From Strigamia acuminata (lineage: Eukaryota), in assembly GCA_949358305.1 (NCBI GenBank), contig OX442314.1, forward strand, positions 23,746,001 through 23,810,000: DNA of 64,000 nt, read 5' to 3'. Of this stretch, positions 38,001 through 50,509 are shown piece by piece. The translations under genes and the position numbers were made by a program. Numbering within the stretch: the first letter of the stretch is position 1; each line of letters opens with the position of its first letter. The notes under the pieces were generated by a model. The model saw nothing but the letters and a program-made list of their open reading frames with translations. It had not been told where the DNA came from and searched no databases.

Positions 38001-41000
38001 AATAATCGGGTGTCCCTCCAAGTAAGCCTAGGCTGTTGAGGGGCACCACTGTTATTTTTTAATAAGGAATTAAATTATTATTATTATTATTATTATGACA
38101 ATTTTCAGAACATGGGAAAACAATTTGGAGAGCTAAGTGCTGTTTTACAACCAAGATTTGGGAATATTTCATCTATAGATACTGTGTTTGGAAACTGTGT
38201 TAAAATGGAGTCTGGTAAGAGAACTTATTTATTAGATGCGACCACATATACATTATGCACCCAGGAACTTGATGCCAAATTCGTACTGCACAGTGCACAT
38301 CCCATTTTATAATATGATTTCCTAATTCCAGTCGTTATCTAGCCTGGTAATGCTAAAATAAAGTAAATAAACAACAATAAACTCATTTACAAAATGGAAC
38401 CGAAATTGTGTTGCTTTGTAAGCCACACAAAGCTTGATAATCGCCATGTTAAATGCATGCGCAGAATGTATTGTGCAGTTTGAATTTGGCATCTAGAAAA
38501 AGCTTGCATGATCGGTCTTAGTTTTCGGGTTTGGCCATCTGAACTGGGATCAGACGACCAAGCGGATCTGCAGTCAATCCGCGCGGATAAAATTGTCTGG
38601 ATCCGCAATCCGCAATCCGATACACAAAGTGATGTTTGTTATTTTTCAGCAGTTTGGTGATATTTCGGTCAATTTTAGGCGTTTTCGTAATGAAAACATG
38701 ACAAAAATGTCAAAAAAAATTTTTTTAGGAACTATTAAAAACAATATTATTTTATAGGGTATGTTCAGCACGTGACCTTGCGTTGCATTGTGGGTAAGGG
38801 TTGCTTAGCAACCCTTGTAAACAAATGTCGGCGGCCATGTTGGTGTACAAGGATGCATGTAAACAACAGGGAAATGTATGTTTTTTGGATTTATTTTTAA
38901 AAATACGAAAAATTATGCATCTAATTTTGCAAGTAGATGATTAATAAAGTAAATAACAATAGTTTAGTGATTTGTATATTCATTTCTTGATTATTTTTTA
39001 ATATCAAACGCTCCGTATACTGTAGGTTTTTCAATAGAACGCTCCATATACGTTGAGCATTTTATTATACATATGAATTCACTTTAATTATTTGCCGGAT
39101 TAATATTTGTTCGTTCATTGTTTGTCGTGATTATTATTTGCCATGGTGATTTGTTCTTATACGTTGAGCATTTTTCGGTAGTGCATAGGGAGCCACTAAT
39201 GGAATGGACTAATCGGCAGCTGTCAGCTTTCAGCCGTCGACTGTCGCGGCCGTCAGTCGACAGTCGACCGTCACCTGTCGAATGTCGCGTCCGTCGGACG
39301 TCGACTGTCAGCCGTCGAATGTCGCGGTCGTCAGAAGTCGACTGTCGCGGTCGTCAGAAGTCGACTGTCGCGCCGTAAGCCGTCGACTGTCGATCGTCAG
39401 CAGCGACGGCCGCAACAGTCGGCGTCCGACGGACGTGACAGTCGACAGCTGACGGCCGCAACAGGTCGACGACCAACGGAGACGATAATCGACAGCTGAC
39501 GGCCGACAGTAGACAGTCAGCCATCGAATGTCGCAGCCGTCGACTGTCGACGGTCAGCCGCAACAATCGTCATTCGACAGGTGACGGCCGCGACAGTCGA
39601 CGGCTGACAACTGACAGCTGCCGGTTAATTTCGACTATTTTCGGTTAATTCGAATCGTCAGCTGACGATTAGTCCATCCCTCAGAATAATGGCTACGTAT
39701 TACGTAGCCATTATTCTGAGGGATGGACTAATCGTAGTACGTAGTACGTAGTACGTAATAAAACTTTTGTTCGTTACTTTTATTATAAAAGTAACGAACA
39801 GCCGAACACTCGTCCGGACGTTCGAGCGGGCGATCAGACGAGCGTTCGGGCGGACGAGTGTTTGGGCGTTTGGGCAGGCGAACAGACGAGTGTTTGAGCG
39901 TCTGGGCAGGCGAACGGACGACCGGCGTTTGGGCGGGCAAATGGACAGCCGAACACTCGTTCGGCCGTTCGGACATAACTACAGAACATAATTATAGAAA
40001 AAAAAATACAGTTTTATTAAAAACTAAAAAAAATCTAACAAATTGTTCTTCATTTTATTTACTTATTTCTATCATTTAAACACGCTTAAGGGTTGCTTAA
40101 CAATCACTGTGCTGCACTGCACGGTCACGGTCACGTGACAAACATCCGCCATTTTTTTTGTCACCAACGCATCGTCATATGACGCGTGCTGAACATACCC
40201 TATTGGCAATCCGGGTCAGATCGCCTGATTCCGATTCGCAAAATCTGCTGATGGATTCGGATTGGCGCCGAATATGACCCGATTCGCAAAGAATTCAAGC
40301 TTACTCCGTATTATGATACCCCATTATCCCCAAAATGAAATAAAATAAATTTATGTAGTTAGGCTATCTAAAAATAAGGTTAGTAAATAATAGACAAAAT
40401 TAGCATACGGTAGCAACAGTGGACATATTGAAAATAGTGAATATTGAAGTTAAAAATTAAAAATTTCACTTTTGGTTACCTGTACTGCAGATATCATCGA
40501 GTATAACCCAACGACAGCAATAGCCTTAGCATTTTTTATTTCTAGAGGAATAAAGTGCAATTCACATTCTAAGGTAGTTATTTCATACATGAAGAAATAT
40601 ATATTAATTCGTATTTAATTTGTTTGTTTGTTTGTTGTGAAACACATGTAGACTTTTTTAATGCAAACTGAAGAACGAATTGATTTAAAAACAATGGATA
40701 TTCAACCTCATAACTCTTGGATGAATATGAAATTCATACGACAAACAGTAAGCATCAGTAGTAATATACCGAGCACAATCAATTAGTACTAAACTAATAT
40801 ACCAAGCGCAATGGGTAATTGTCACATGACGGGATAATTAGGTCAGTGTTATGTATCAATAACATCAGTTAAAGCTAGGCTTAAGTGTTGTTAATATGCA
40901 ACAATAACATGTGAACTTATTAACCGAGTAATAATTGCATAGTTGCAACAATTACTCAAGCGCAAGTTGTATTTAACACAAGAATTTACCTACCGGTATA

Positions 41001-41848
41001 CAAAATCTAAAAATAAAAAAATAAAAACACATCCATACCATTGTGAAGATTTCAAATTTGAACCTAACACCATTTGGATTTGTTTGAAACACCCACACGA
41101 AACAACATTTCACTGATGAAAATTCCTGGCACCAGAAATTTTTATCAGTGAAGACCAATCAGATGTTGTCACTGTTTAATTATTAAATTAAATCAATGTT
41201 GTCTGACTCTCCTCATTGTTTGCATAAATTGTTATTTAAACTATTTAACAATCTTCAAAATAACTTAGATGATCCGAATAAACACCCCAACAAACCCTTG
41301 TACACCATCTTTAGAAGCATTCAAACTTTGTGAAGAAAACTGTCTTGAAACCAAAAAGGCAACTGAAAATATCAACTGCAGGTTTGTTATCATATTTTTA
41401 AATTATTATTAGTTAATCTAATTTCCTTTTTATGACAAATCTCCCAAGCTTGCCGTTTATGAATGCCACCAATGTGCCACCATGCAAAACAATTGCAGCA
41501 GCAAAATCAGCAAGAACTTCGTACCTCAAAGTTTACGCAAATAATGATGCTATTCGCGACTGCAGCTGCTCGCCCCCTTGCAACTACACAATTTTCATAC
41601 CATTTTCTGAGTATTACCAAACGTTTAATATGCTGAGTTTAATGGTGATAAAATTAGAATTCGAATCCAACATCCGTGAAATTTTTAAGCAAGAATTAAC
41701 AATTAAATTGACCAAATTAGTTTGCGATTTTGGATCAATCACAGGCTTCTTTTTGGGAATATCTGTTTTGTCAAGTTTAGAATATTTAGAAAACTTTTCC
41801 AGCTCTGCTGTACAATTCAAACGCCAACTTAAGAGAGGGAGAAATTAA
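35021..41848 (+). CDS. Double-module DEG/ENaC (pickpocket/ASIC family) channel protein, gene A, 13 exons, about 828 aa
   Basis: Exons 35021-35065, 35162-35522, 35601-35707, 35841-35919, 36676-36764, 36836-36940, 36991-37100, 37171-37963, 38109-38214, 40491-40573, 40652-40747, 41269-41381, 41449-41848 splice in frame. Module 1: TM1 WIVTIVTALSICIYQ, post-TM1 YYFEKP..YPAI, thumb CNCPREC, TM2 LLCDIGGYLSFYTGIS. Module 2: TM1 ATILIGLVTSCYLMYVQ, YLTYPT..IPSIVIC, TVFGNC, CSCSPPC, TM2 LVCDFGSITGFFLGIS. Confidence 0.88.
36042..36250. mobile_element. hAT-type MITE in an intron of DEG/ENaC gene A
   Basis: CAGGGGTGG...CCACCCCTG termini; perfect 8-bp TSD CTATAAAT. Confidence 0.85.
38756..40201. mobile_element. 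Non-autonomous DNA transposon (AT target duplication, ISL2EU/Harbinger-like) with nested GTCGAC-rich foldback repeats, in intron 9 of gene A
   Basis: AGGGTATGTTCAGCACG ... CGTGCTGAACATACCCT termini; the empty site AATATTATTTTATTGGC is at about 48325-48341 in gene B. Confidence 0.75.
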
Positions 41849-44800
41849 ATTAATAGTCTATCTCCCATTCATGCAAACTTCTGAATGTACACGTTCTATA
41901 TAAACGATAATTTCCAGCATTTTGTAATCACACATCGCTTGTAAAAATAAAATGTACAATTTCTTTCATCACAACACATGATCTCGTTCTTGTAAGTTGT
42001 ATTTGTATTTGTATTGGTCCACGATACCCTTAATTTAATGTTGTGGACCAATACCCATCCCCAAGCCATTTTACTATTGGGATGGTTTTTCCGTATGGGT
42101 ATCGGTCTAAAACATTAAATTAAGGGTATCATGGACCATAACACTAATACAAAAGTATTGGAGGATTGTTATGCTTCCATTTGCAGATGATAAACTGCCT
42201 TTGACATGGATATTTCAGCAGAATAATGATTCTAAGCATAAAGTCAAGTCAATTGCTCAGTGTTCTAAACCCATTACATGTAGGCTTTGACTTGGCCTTC
42301 ACAATCACATACAATATTTTGGTTCTCCAACAAAATATTGAAATGTGTTGTTCAAATAAACAATGATTTTCTGAAGAAACCGGTTTTTTTTTGTGATTTT
42401 TTGAATGTGGTGTTAAAATTTTTCTGCCGGCCCAACTCACTTAAGCGTGGTGGCCAAATACACTTGTGCCAAGTAGCGCATATTCAAATGGAAATAACTT
42501 TTGACCTATTTAAATTAAAAATTCATTCTTTTTTTAAAAAATAAAGCCCAATGTTTGTTCTTTAAGCTACATTTGTTTTGATTAGAAGCATCTTTTAGGG
42601 TTTGAATTTCACCATTTTATTTTTTTTAACATTAAAATATACATGCGGCCCAATACACATGGGTGCGGGTAGTACATGCGTTGTCCGAAAAGATATGGAG
42701 GCGAAAATAGGGACTGTAATGTGGTCTGGCTTCCTAAAAAGGCACTCCATGGTCTGCATTTTGGAACTTGTAGCCCTTTTTCTTCGAGAACCGACAAATC
42801 TGCCTCTGCTCACATAAATATCAAAACCCTGTAAATGTTTAATTGTAATTTTCTTTAATGAATCTGGTGTCGATTGGCAATTGTCAATAAATGTCTAACT
42901 GACACTATCTTTTTGGCCACTGGTTCTATTGTTTGCTTTTCACCAAAGATTACCCGATTGAGTAATCACTTGCCCCATGCCCTTCAATTCTAAGTTAAAG
43001 GGCCCCGGTGCACATACAAAATAAAGTGATTAATTTTTTGAGTTTATGCTATTTCTTTGGTTTTTGATAAGATTTGGGTTCTTTACTTCGTGGCAGTATT
43101 TGCGTATTGTCTTCATTAATGCCATACAGCTAAAAGTGCTCATTCTGCAATTGGCCGCTGCAATCTATCCAAAAATAATTTTTCTTACGCTGATTATTAG
43201 TTTTTATAACAGTGGCAAGAAAATTCATCAAATATTTAGTTCGAATTACTTTTATTTAAAAAAAATCTGTAAACTGCAAAAATATAAATTGTAAAAAATA
43301 TTGGCTTACGTTTTCACAAAAGTAACAAGAAAATTGAATTTAAATCATCACATTCCGAGAAAGCAAATGCATATAATAAACTTTATGGTAATGATGAATA
43401 TTACAAAAAAAAGCCACTTGCAATCTTACTCCATAATTGGCTCACGCAATCTTACTCCATAATTGACTCACGCAATCTTGACCTAAAACCCGTTATTGCA
43501 CATGATAGAATCACTCCTGAATTACTCCGCAGTTGCCACGAAGACGAGGCCCTCGTGCATTGTGCAGCTGTTTGAATTTATATGAACATGCAACATGATG
43601 ATTTTGACTAATAATTTTGCGCACTGATTATAGTACATGTATTTTAAATCAAACTGTGCAGCCATAGCGCTGAGAAAACATAACATTCTGCATTTCTGCG
43701 AGTGCCAGTGAGAGAGAAAGGTTCTTATTCAGATAATTCTTGTTTGACTTAAACGTAAGTCCAATTACGCGTAATTTCTCAAAAATCCTACTCCGTATTA
43801 GTTTTCATTTTTATTCTCAATTGTCTTCGTACGACTTGTTGTCGCTAATGTATACGTCGCTAAAACGTCCCGTTTTTTCCGAAATTTGCTATCTGGACTG
43901 TCGCTAAAGTGACCTATTCCGGTACAGACACGAAACGAATTTTAGAGGCGTTTTTGACTTTTTGAATGCAGCTAGTGTGTAAATTACTTTAATATCTAGA
44001 TACGGTTGTTTCAATTATTAATTAATTAATATATTGTTTATTTCCAAGAAGGAGGGGTGCCCCTAACCAGCCGAAGCCTACAAGGAGGGATACCCCAGCG
44101 TATAAACATCCAACCATACACTCAAACCTCAAAACAAAAATTTTATATTAATATCTGTTGCATTTCCGCATGTATGATATACCGGTATGCACTGTTAACT
44201 CATGTGTTACACATCAGTCAAAGGATAATGAAAAAAAAACTAAATCAAATTTCAAACCAGAAAAACGTACCGGTAAGTTGAAAAATTTTTCATTTTTAAA
44301 AAAAAAAAATTCTCAGTATTTAATTTAAGTTACAATTATGTTCATAATATTTTTAATTTTCTTAACCAGGTGCAATCAAAAATGATAATTAGAAGAGAAG
44401 CAAAAAAAATTCGAAATCTAACAAGCGAATTCATTCGTTTGTACGAGATCCAGAATAAACAAACTTTAATTCCAATGTTGAAAACTGCATTGAATGGAAA
44501 TTTCAATTTTTATCGCGTGCGCTGGATAGTAACTATCGTCGCTGCGTTAAACATATGCATCTATCAATGTTCCACCGTGATCAACTACTACTTCGAAAAA
44601 CCCTTCAAAGTTCAAACCGAAATTACAGAAGAAACTACTGATGATTTTCCGGCAATTTACATCTCTTCAGCCTTTACTGATGATATCATCGCTTTTCAGA
44701 AAAACCGGTCATGGAGCTTGCAAATAAGACGTACAGCAAGATAAACGAATTATTATTCTCAATCAATACAAAAAAATTCACTCCTAATTTTTTTTTCTTT

Positions 44801-45589
44801 TAGAATGTCGGCAAACGTTTTTATTTGCGGAAGATAACATCACTACACTACGAACAATAATGGAGAAAAGTAACTTCACAAAAATGATTCAAAACATTAC
44901 ATTTTTCAGAGTAGGTAAAATTAAATTTTTTTTTGAACTACCAGTAATTTTTTTTGAATAAGCCGAGTCAACATTTATTTGTTTAGATCAACTATAAGTT
45001 TGCTTCATAAAACTAGCAAAATCCATTTTATTATTTTTTTTATTTTCTTTGTAGGGAAGCAAGAAGGAATACAATTTGTTTGAAACTAAAGAAATGTTCA
45101 CCATTTATGCAACTGTAACTAAAGTTACAAATAGTAAGTAAAGTTGACTTATTATAATGGCCACACTAGCAAAATTTCATATTCAGAGGCTGAAGGCATT
45201 CCTACGGTACAGTAATACACAAAGTAAAGTCTAAATCACTTTAAGAATGCACCTACTACTATCTAAATGCAATAGTGTTCCTGCACATTAACTTTTTGGT
45301 TTTTAATTTGATTAAATAGTTAACAAATTACCAATTGGACCGGAAAATCGAGTGAAAATTCAGATTCACACAAAGGAGACCTACACTAAAAACCGTTTCC
45401 TTCTTGGAGTAAGTAAAAAGAATGCGCAATACACACATAAATTAAAGAAATTAAATACTCCGTAATTTCTTTTGCATATAGGTAACCTTGCAAGCAAAAA
45501 TAGTCACACTATCATTTATAATGCCACTGAGCATACATATGGCTCATTTATTTAAACAAACTTCCTTTGCTTTCACTTCTAAAAGAGTA

Positions 45590-46559
45590 CCGTAAAGCGG
45601 GGTGACTTTGGCTTAAGGGGTGACTTTACCCCAAAGTGAAAAAAAAGATTTGCTGCATTGCCAAAGACAGGCAGTAGGAAATATTAACAAATAAAAAATA
45701 TGAAAATATACTATAAAGTATGCTCTTTCACACTCTTAAGCTGGATTTTATCTCAGCATGCACACAAACCTTAAAAAAATTCACAAGTGGATGCATGTTT
45801 TTAACTTAAAAAAAGAAACACTCAAAAATTATTTTATATCTCAGAAATGGTTAGAGTCAGGACAATGTCCTTTTAAAGTGTTAATCTGTAATTATTCACG
45901 ACCTTTCAGTTAAAATTTCATGCACTTATCATGAACAGGAAAGTCAGGGGAACATGTTATCATCACTGGGGCGACTTTGGCCATTTTTTGGGGTGACTTT
46001 ACACCACCCCTACAGATGGGGTGACAAGAGCTTTGTAATATTATTTTTTGATTGTTTTGTTCCTATTTGTTTATTTTTCTATCTTTAAACACTTGTGATT
46101 ATTTATGACATTTTTAATGCAGTTTTTTTTGTTGTTTCAATTTTTTGTAAGAAATAAATTTCTAATGTTCTTATAATTAAGTCATGATCACATGAATTTA
46201 TAGACTGAACATAAAAAATGTCAGAAAAACTTTAGAATGTGACAAAATGATTTTTAAATGTTTTCTGATAAAATCTTATTATAATTATTATTATAATTAT
46301 TATCTGATTAAACATTATCATTGGATTTCAATGGTGTTCCAATTGATGGCCAAAGTCACCCCAAGCAGGTGTGAAATTGGTCAGCTGGATTAATTTTTTT
46401 TTTTTAAAAATGTAATAACTATAATTTTTTTTAAACTTGCCATTGTTTAGCACATACAAATATATACCTTACATTAAATTTTCATAACAATATGATTATT
46501 CCTAGGATTGTTATTGAAATCTGCAACAAAAAGTGGCACAAAGTCACCCCGCTTTACGG
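45590..46559. mobile_element. Tc1/mariner/pogo-type non-autonomous element inserted in the exon 6 splice donor of gene B
   Basis: CCGTAAAGCGGGGTGACTTTG ... CAAAGTCACCCCGCTTTACGG termini, TA TSD; gene A has the empty GTAAGT donor. Confidence 0.88.
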
Positions 46560-48908
46560 TAAGTGTTAATTAGCAATTTTTTACTGACAAATAATCATCT
46601 TTTGTTAGTACACATTTCTTAATAGAAAATCCTCTCCTTGCGTCCCACTAACTGTTACGGAAGACTGTCACCATAAATGTTACTTGAGTTTCATCAATGC
46701 TCTGAATTTTACATGCCAGTAAGTTAGAAAATCAACTAAAACAAAATAATTAAATAATTACTTTACATGTGTGAATTTATAGCCTACCTATATTGCCCCA
46801 GGAAAACAAAATCGACTGCATTACAAATGAATTGACATGCAATTACACGCGACAATTGGGACGAGTGAGATGGACAATTAATCCCCAATACACTTGCAAT
46901 TGTCCAAGGGAATGCCGTAAAACTGTGGTTACTTCCCATCACTACTTCGACGAATATGAAGAAAAATCAACAAGTTTTTACTCCTTCAGCAACTGGATCC
47001 GTACATTGCAGGAATATTACTTCTACGACTTCATAGCCCTCTTGTGCGACATCGGAGGATATTTAAGTTTTTATACGGGAATTTCTTGCCTGACACTTAC
47101 GTACTCAATAGTCAGCAATATTATGACACTGTCATTCCACCTCAAGAAAATCAGTCCGTACAAAAAGCATGTCGTTCAGCAAACTCAAAATATGATAATG
47201 CAGACTGAACAAGAATTAGCAAATAAAATCCACGACCCATTTTTCAAGCTTTTCAACAATATAAAGAAAGCGACAATTCTAATTGGTTTAGTTACTAGCT
47301 GCTACTTAATGTACGTTCAAAGTGTGTTTTACTTGACCTATCCTACATACGTTACTATAGAACTTGTACAAGACAAAGATGTTCAAATCCCAAGCATTGT
47401 TATATGTAGTGATAATGCAAAAATATACACGAAAAAGGTAAAAATGCAAAAGAAAAAAATGAATGTGCGTTGTTCCGAAGATATAGACATACTCGATTTA
47501 CTCGATCTATATAAAAACGATGCCACATTATTATGGAAGAAATCTAGCGATTTGAAAAACTTTAAAATGGGCAAGGTGCGTTACTGTTTAATCGGTGTCC
47601 CTCCTTGTAGGTCTAGACTGTTGAGGGGCACCCCCCTTAATTTTTAATAAGGAATTAAATTATTATTATTATTATGACAATTTTCAGAACATGGGCAAAC
47701 AATTTGGAGAGCTAAGTGCTCTTTTACAACCTAGGTTTGGAAATATTTCATCCATAGATACCGTGTTTGGAAACTGTGTTAAAGTGGAGTCTAGTAAGAG
47801 AACTGCTTTATTAGATGCGACCACATATACATTATGCACCCAGTATCTGGATGCCAAATTCGTACAGTACAGTGCACATCCCAATGTACAGCGCACTTCC
47901 CATTTTATCAAGACGGTTTCCTAATTCCAGTCGTTATCTAGCCTGATAACGCTAAAATTAAGTAAATAGACTACAATAAACTCATTTACAAAATGGAACC
48001 AAAATTTTGCTGCTTTGTTTCCTTTGTGTGCCACAAGCTTGACAATCGCCATGTTAAATGTGTTGTGCTGTTTGAATTTGGCATCTAGAAAGCTTGCATG
48101 ATCGGTCTTGGTTTCGGATTTGGCCATCTGAACTTGGATCAGACGGCCAAGCGAATCTGCATTCAATCCGCGCGGATCGAATTGTCTTTATCTGAAATCC
48201 GATACGCAAGGTGATGTTTGTTATTTTTCAGTAGTTTGGTGATGTTTCGGTCAATTTTAGGTGTTTTCGTGACGAAAACATCAGAAAACTGTCAAACAGA
48301 ATTTTTTAGAAACTTCTCAAAAAAAATATTATTTTATTGGCAATCCGGGACGGATCGCCTGATTTCGATCCGCAAAATTTGCTGATCGATTCGGATTGGC
48401 GCCGAATATGACCCAATCCGAAAAAAATTCAAGCTTACTCAGTATTATTATGATAGCACACTATCCCCAAGATGAAATAAAATAAATTGATGTAAGTACG
48501 CTCTCTAAAATTAAGGTTAGTAAATAATAGACAAAATTTGCCTACGGCAGCAACAGTGGACATATTTCAAAAAAGGAATATTAAACTTAAAAATTAAAAA
48601 TTTCACTTTTGGTTACCTATACTGCAGATATCATCGAGTACAACCCAACGACAGCAATAGCCTTAGCATTTTTTATTTCTAGAGGAATAAACTGCAATTC
48701 ACATTCTAAGGTTTCAAATTATTTCAAACATTAAAAAATAAATATTAATTCTTATTGAATATGCTTGTTTGTTTGTTGTAAAACACATGTAGACTTTTTT
48801 AATGCAAACTGAAGAACGAATTGATTTAAAAACAATGGATATTCAACCTCATAACTCTTGGATGAATATGAAATTCATTCGACAAACAGTAAGTATCAGC
48901 AGTAATAT

Positions 48909-49010
48909 ACCAAGCACAATCAGTTAGTACTAAACTAATGTACCGAGCACAATCAGTTAGTACTAAACTAATGTACCGAGCACAATCAGTTAGTACTAAA
49001 CTAATATGCC
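48909..49010. repeat. Three tandem 33-bp units in an intron of gene B (one unit in gene A)
   Basis: ACC(A/G)AGCACAATCAGTTAGTACTAAACTAATGT repeated. Confidence 0.85.
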
Positions 49011-49149
49011 AAGCGCAATAAGTAATTGTCACAAGTCGGGATAATTAGGTCAGTGTTAAGTAACGATAACATCTAAGTTAAAGCCAGGCTTAAGTGTTGT
49101 TAATATACAACAATACCATGTGAACCTATTAACCGAGTAATAATTATAT

Positions 49150-49726
49150 TGTGACGGGTGCAGTCTTCTCCATAGCAATCTAGGAATTGGTTACCGTGAG
49201 TGGGACTAGACCTCATGTAAATATTGGAGACACAGACTCCGGGTTGTTGGTTGTTGGCCTTTAATCCGTTGTCTAGGAGTCAGAGTTCCCATCATCCGTG
49301 TCGGCGATACCAGTAAGGCATGCCACACCCGCAACCGACCCGTCACACGCAGGGCTTTAGCCCGTGAGTGACATGGTTGGATAACACATAACATTTTGCT
49401 GTAGAACTCACCTACAGCCCATTTAGTCGCTCATGAAGGCTGCAACACGCACATCTTCCCATCACTGAGCGTCACAGTGGTGAATGGGAGGAGAGAACAG
49501 TCAACTCGGGCACTGCTGCCCAGGCTGGCTATGGGACCTCACAAGCACATGTCTTCTCCCTGTGCTGTCCAAACTCTTCCTCTCTCTCTCTCTCCTCACC
49601 ACACCACTCAGCTCCCTCCCTCCCTGGCTGGGTCAGTCCACACCACAAGGGTGGATGACCTTAGGGCCAGTGAGCAGTGTGTGGAGTGACGTACTGTAGA
49701 TCACCGTGGGTGGCCAGACGGTCACA
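49150..49726. mobile_element. Solo LTR in intron 11 of gene B, same family as 24157-24740
   Basis: TGTGAC...GTCACA termini, ATAT/GTAT flanks; empty site in gene A at about 40930-40946. Confidence 0.8.
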
Positions 49727-50047
49727 GTATAGTTGCGACAATTACTTAAGCGCAAGTTGTATTTAATCCGAAAATTTACCTCCCGGTATACAAAATCTAA
49801 AAATAAAAATAAAAACATATCCATACCATTGTGAAGATTTCAAATTTAAACCGAACACCATTTGGATTTGTTTGAAACACCCACAAGAAACAAGATATCA
49901 CCGATGAAAATTCCTGGCACCAGAAATTTTTATCAATGAAAACCAAGCAGATGTCAAATATGGTTTGTTATCTACTTCAAAATTGTTCAGCTGCAAGATG
50001 ACTGTTTTCTAACTCTTCTCATTGGATGTGATTTTATGACTTACAAG

Positions 50048-50509
50048 TATACTCTGGCAGAGTATAAGATTGCTCATTGTTCATTGGTCCAGCCTGATTA
50101 CTTGTAACTGTGGACTGTGTACTACCACCAGGAAAAGTTTTTTTGTTATGTTTTTAATTTGCTGGATTATTATAATGAGTGAAATGATGTAAGTTTATTA
50201 TTTTTTTATAATAAAATGTTTATTCAATTCAAAAAATAATGTTTTATGTTGTCAAAATACATGTTTGTTCGGTTGGTTCTGCAGCAGAACCAACCGAACA
50301 AACATGTAAGCAGAACTTCTGCTTATTGGTTGCTTTGTTAGGAAAGCAAGCAATTTTTTAATTTTTTTATTGGTTGTTTTGCCTAGAAAGTATTCAAAAT
50401 ATCAGCCAGTGTTTTGATCTATTTTTTGGGATTACTACACTAGTGAAAAGGCCGGGCCAATAGGAAATAGCGCAACCTTATACAAGTACAAGTACTCTGC
50501 CAGAGTATA
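50048..50509. mobile_element. MITE (TATACTCTGG family) containing a perfect 25-bp-arm palindrome
   Basis: TATACTCTGGCAGAGTA ... TACTCTGCCAGAGTATA termini; absent from gene A. Confidence 0.7.

Noticed and set aside
39118..40079. Arg/Ser-rich ORFs and CRISPR-like look of the GTCGAC and CCGAAC repeats
   Set aside because: Degenerate subterminal repeats of an intronic transposon; no constant repeat with unique spacers, no cas genes, eukaryotic context.
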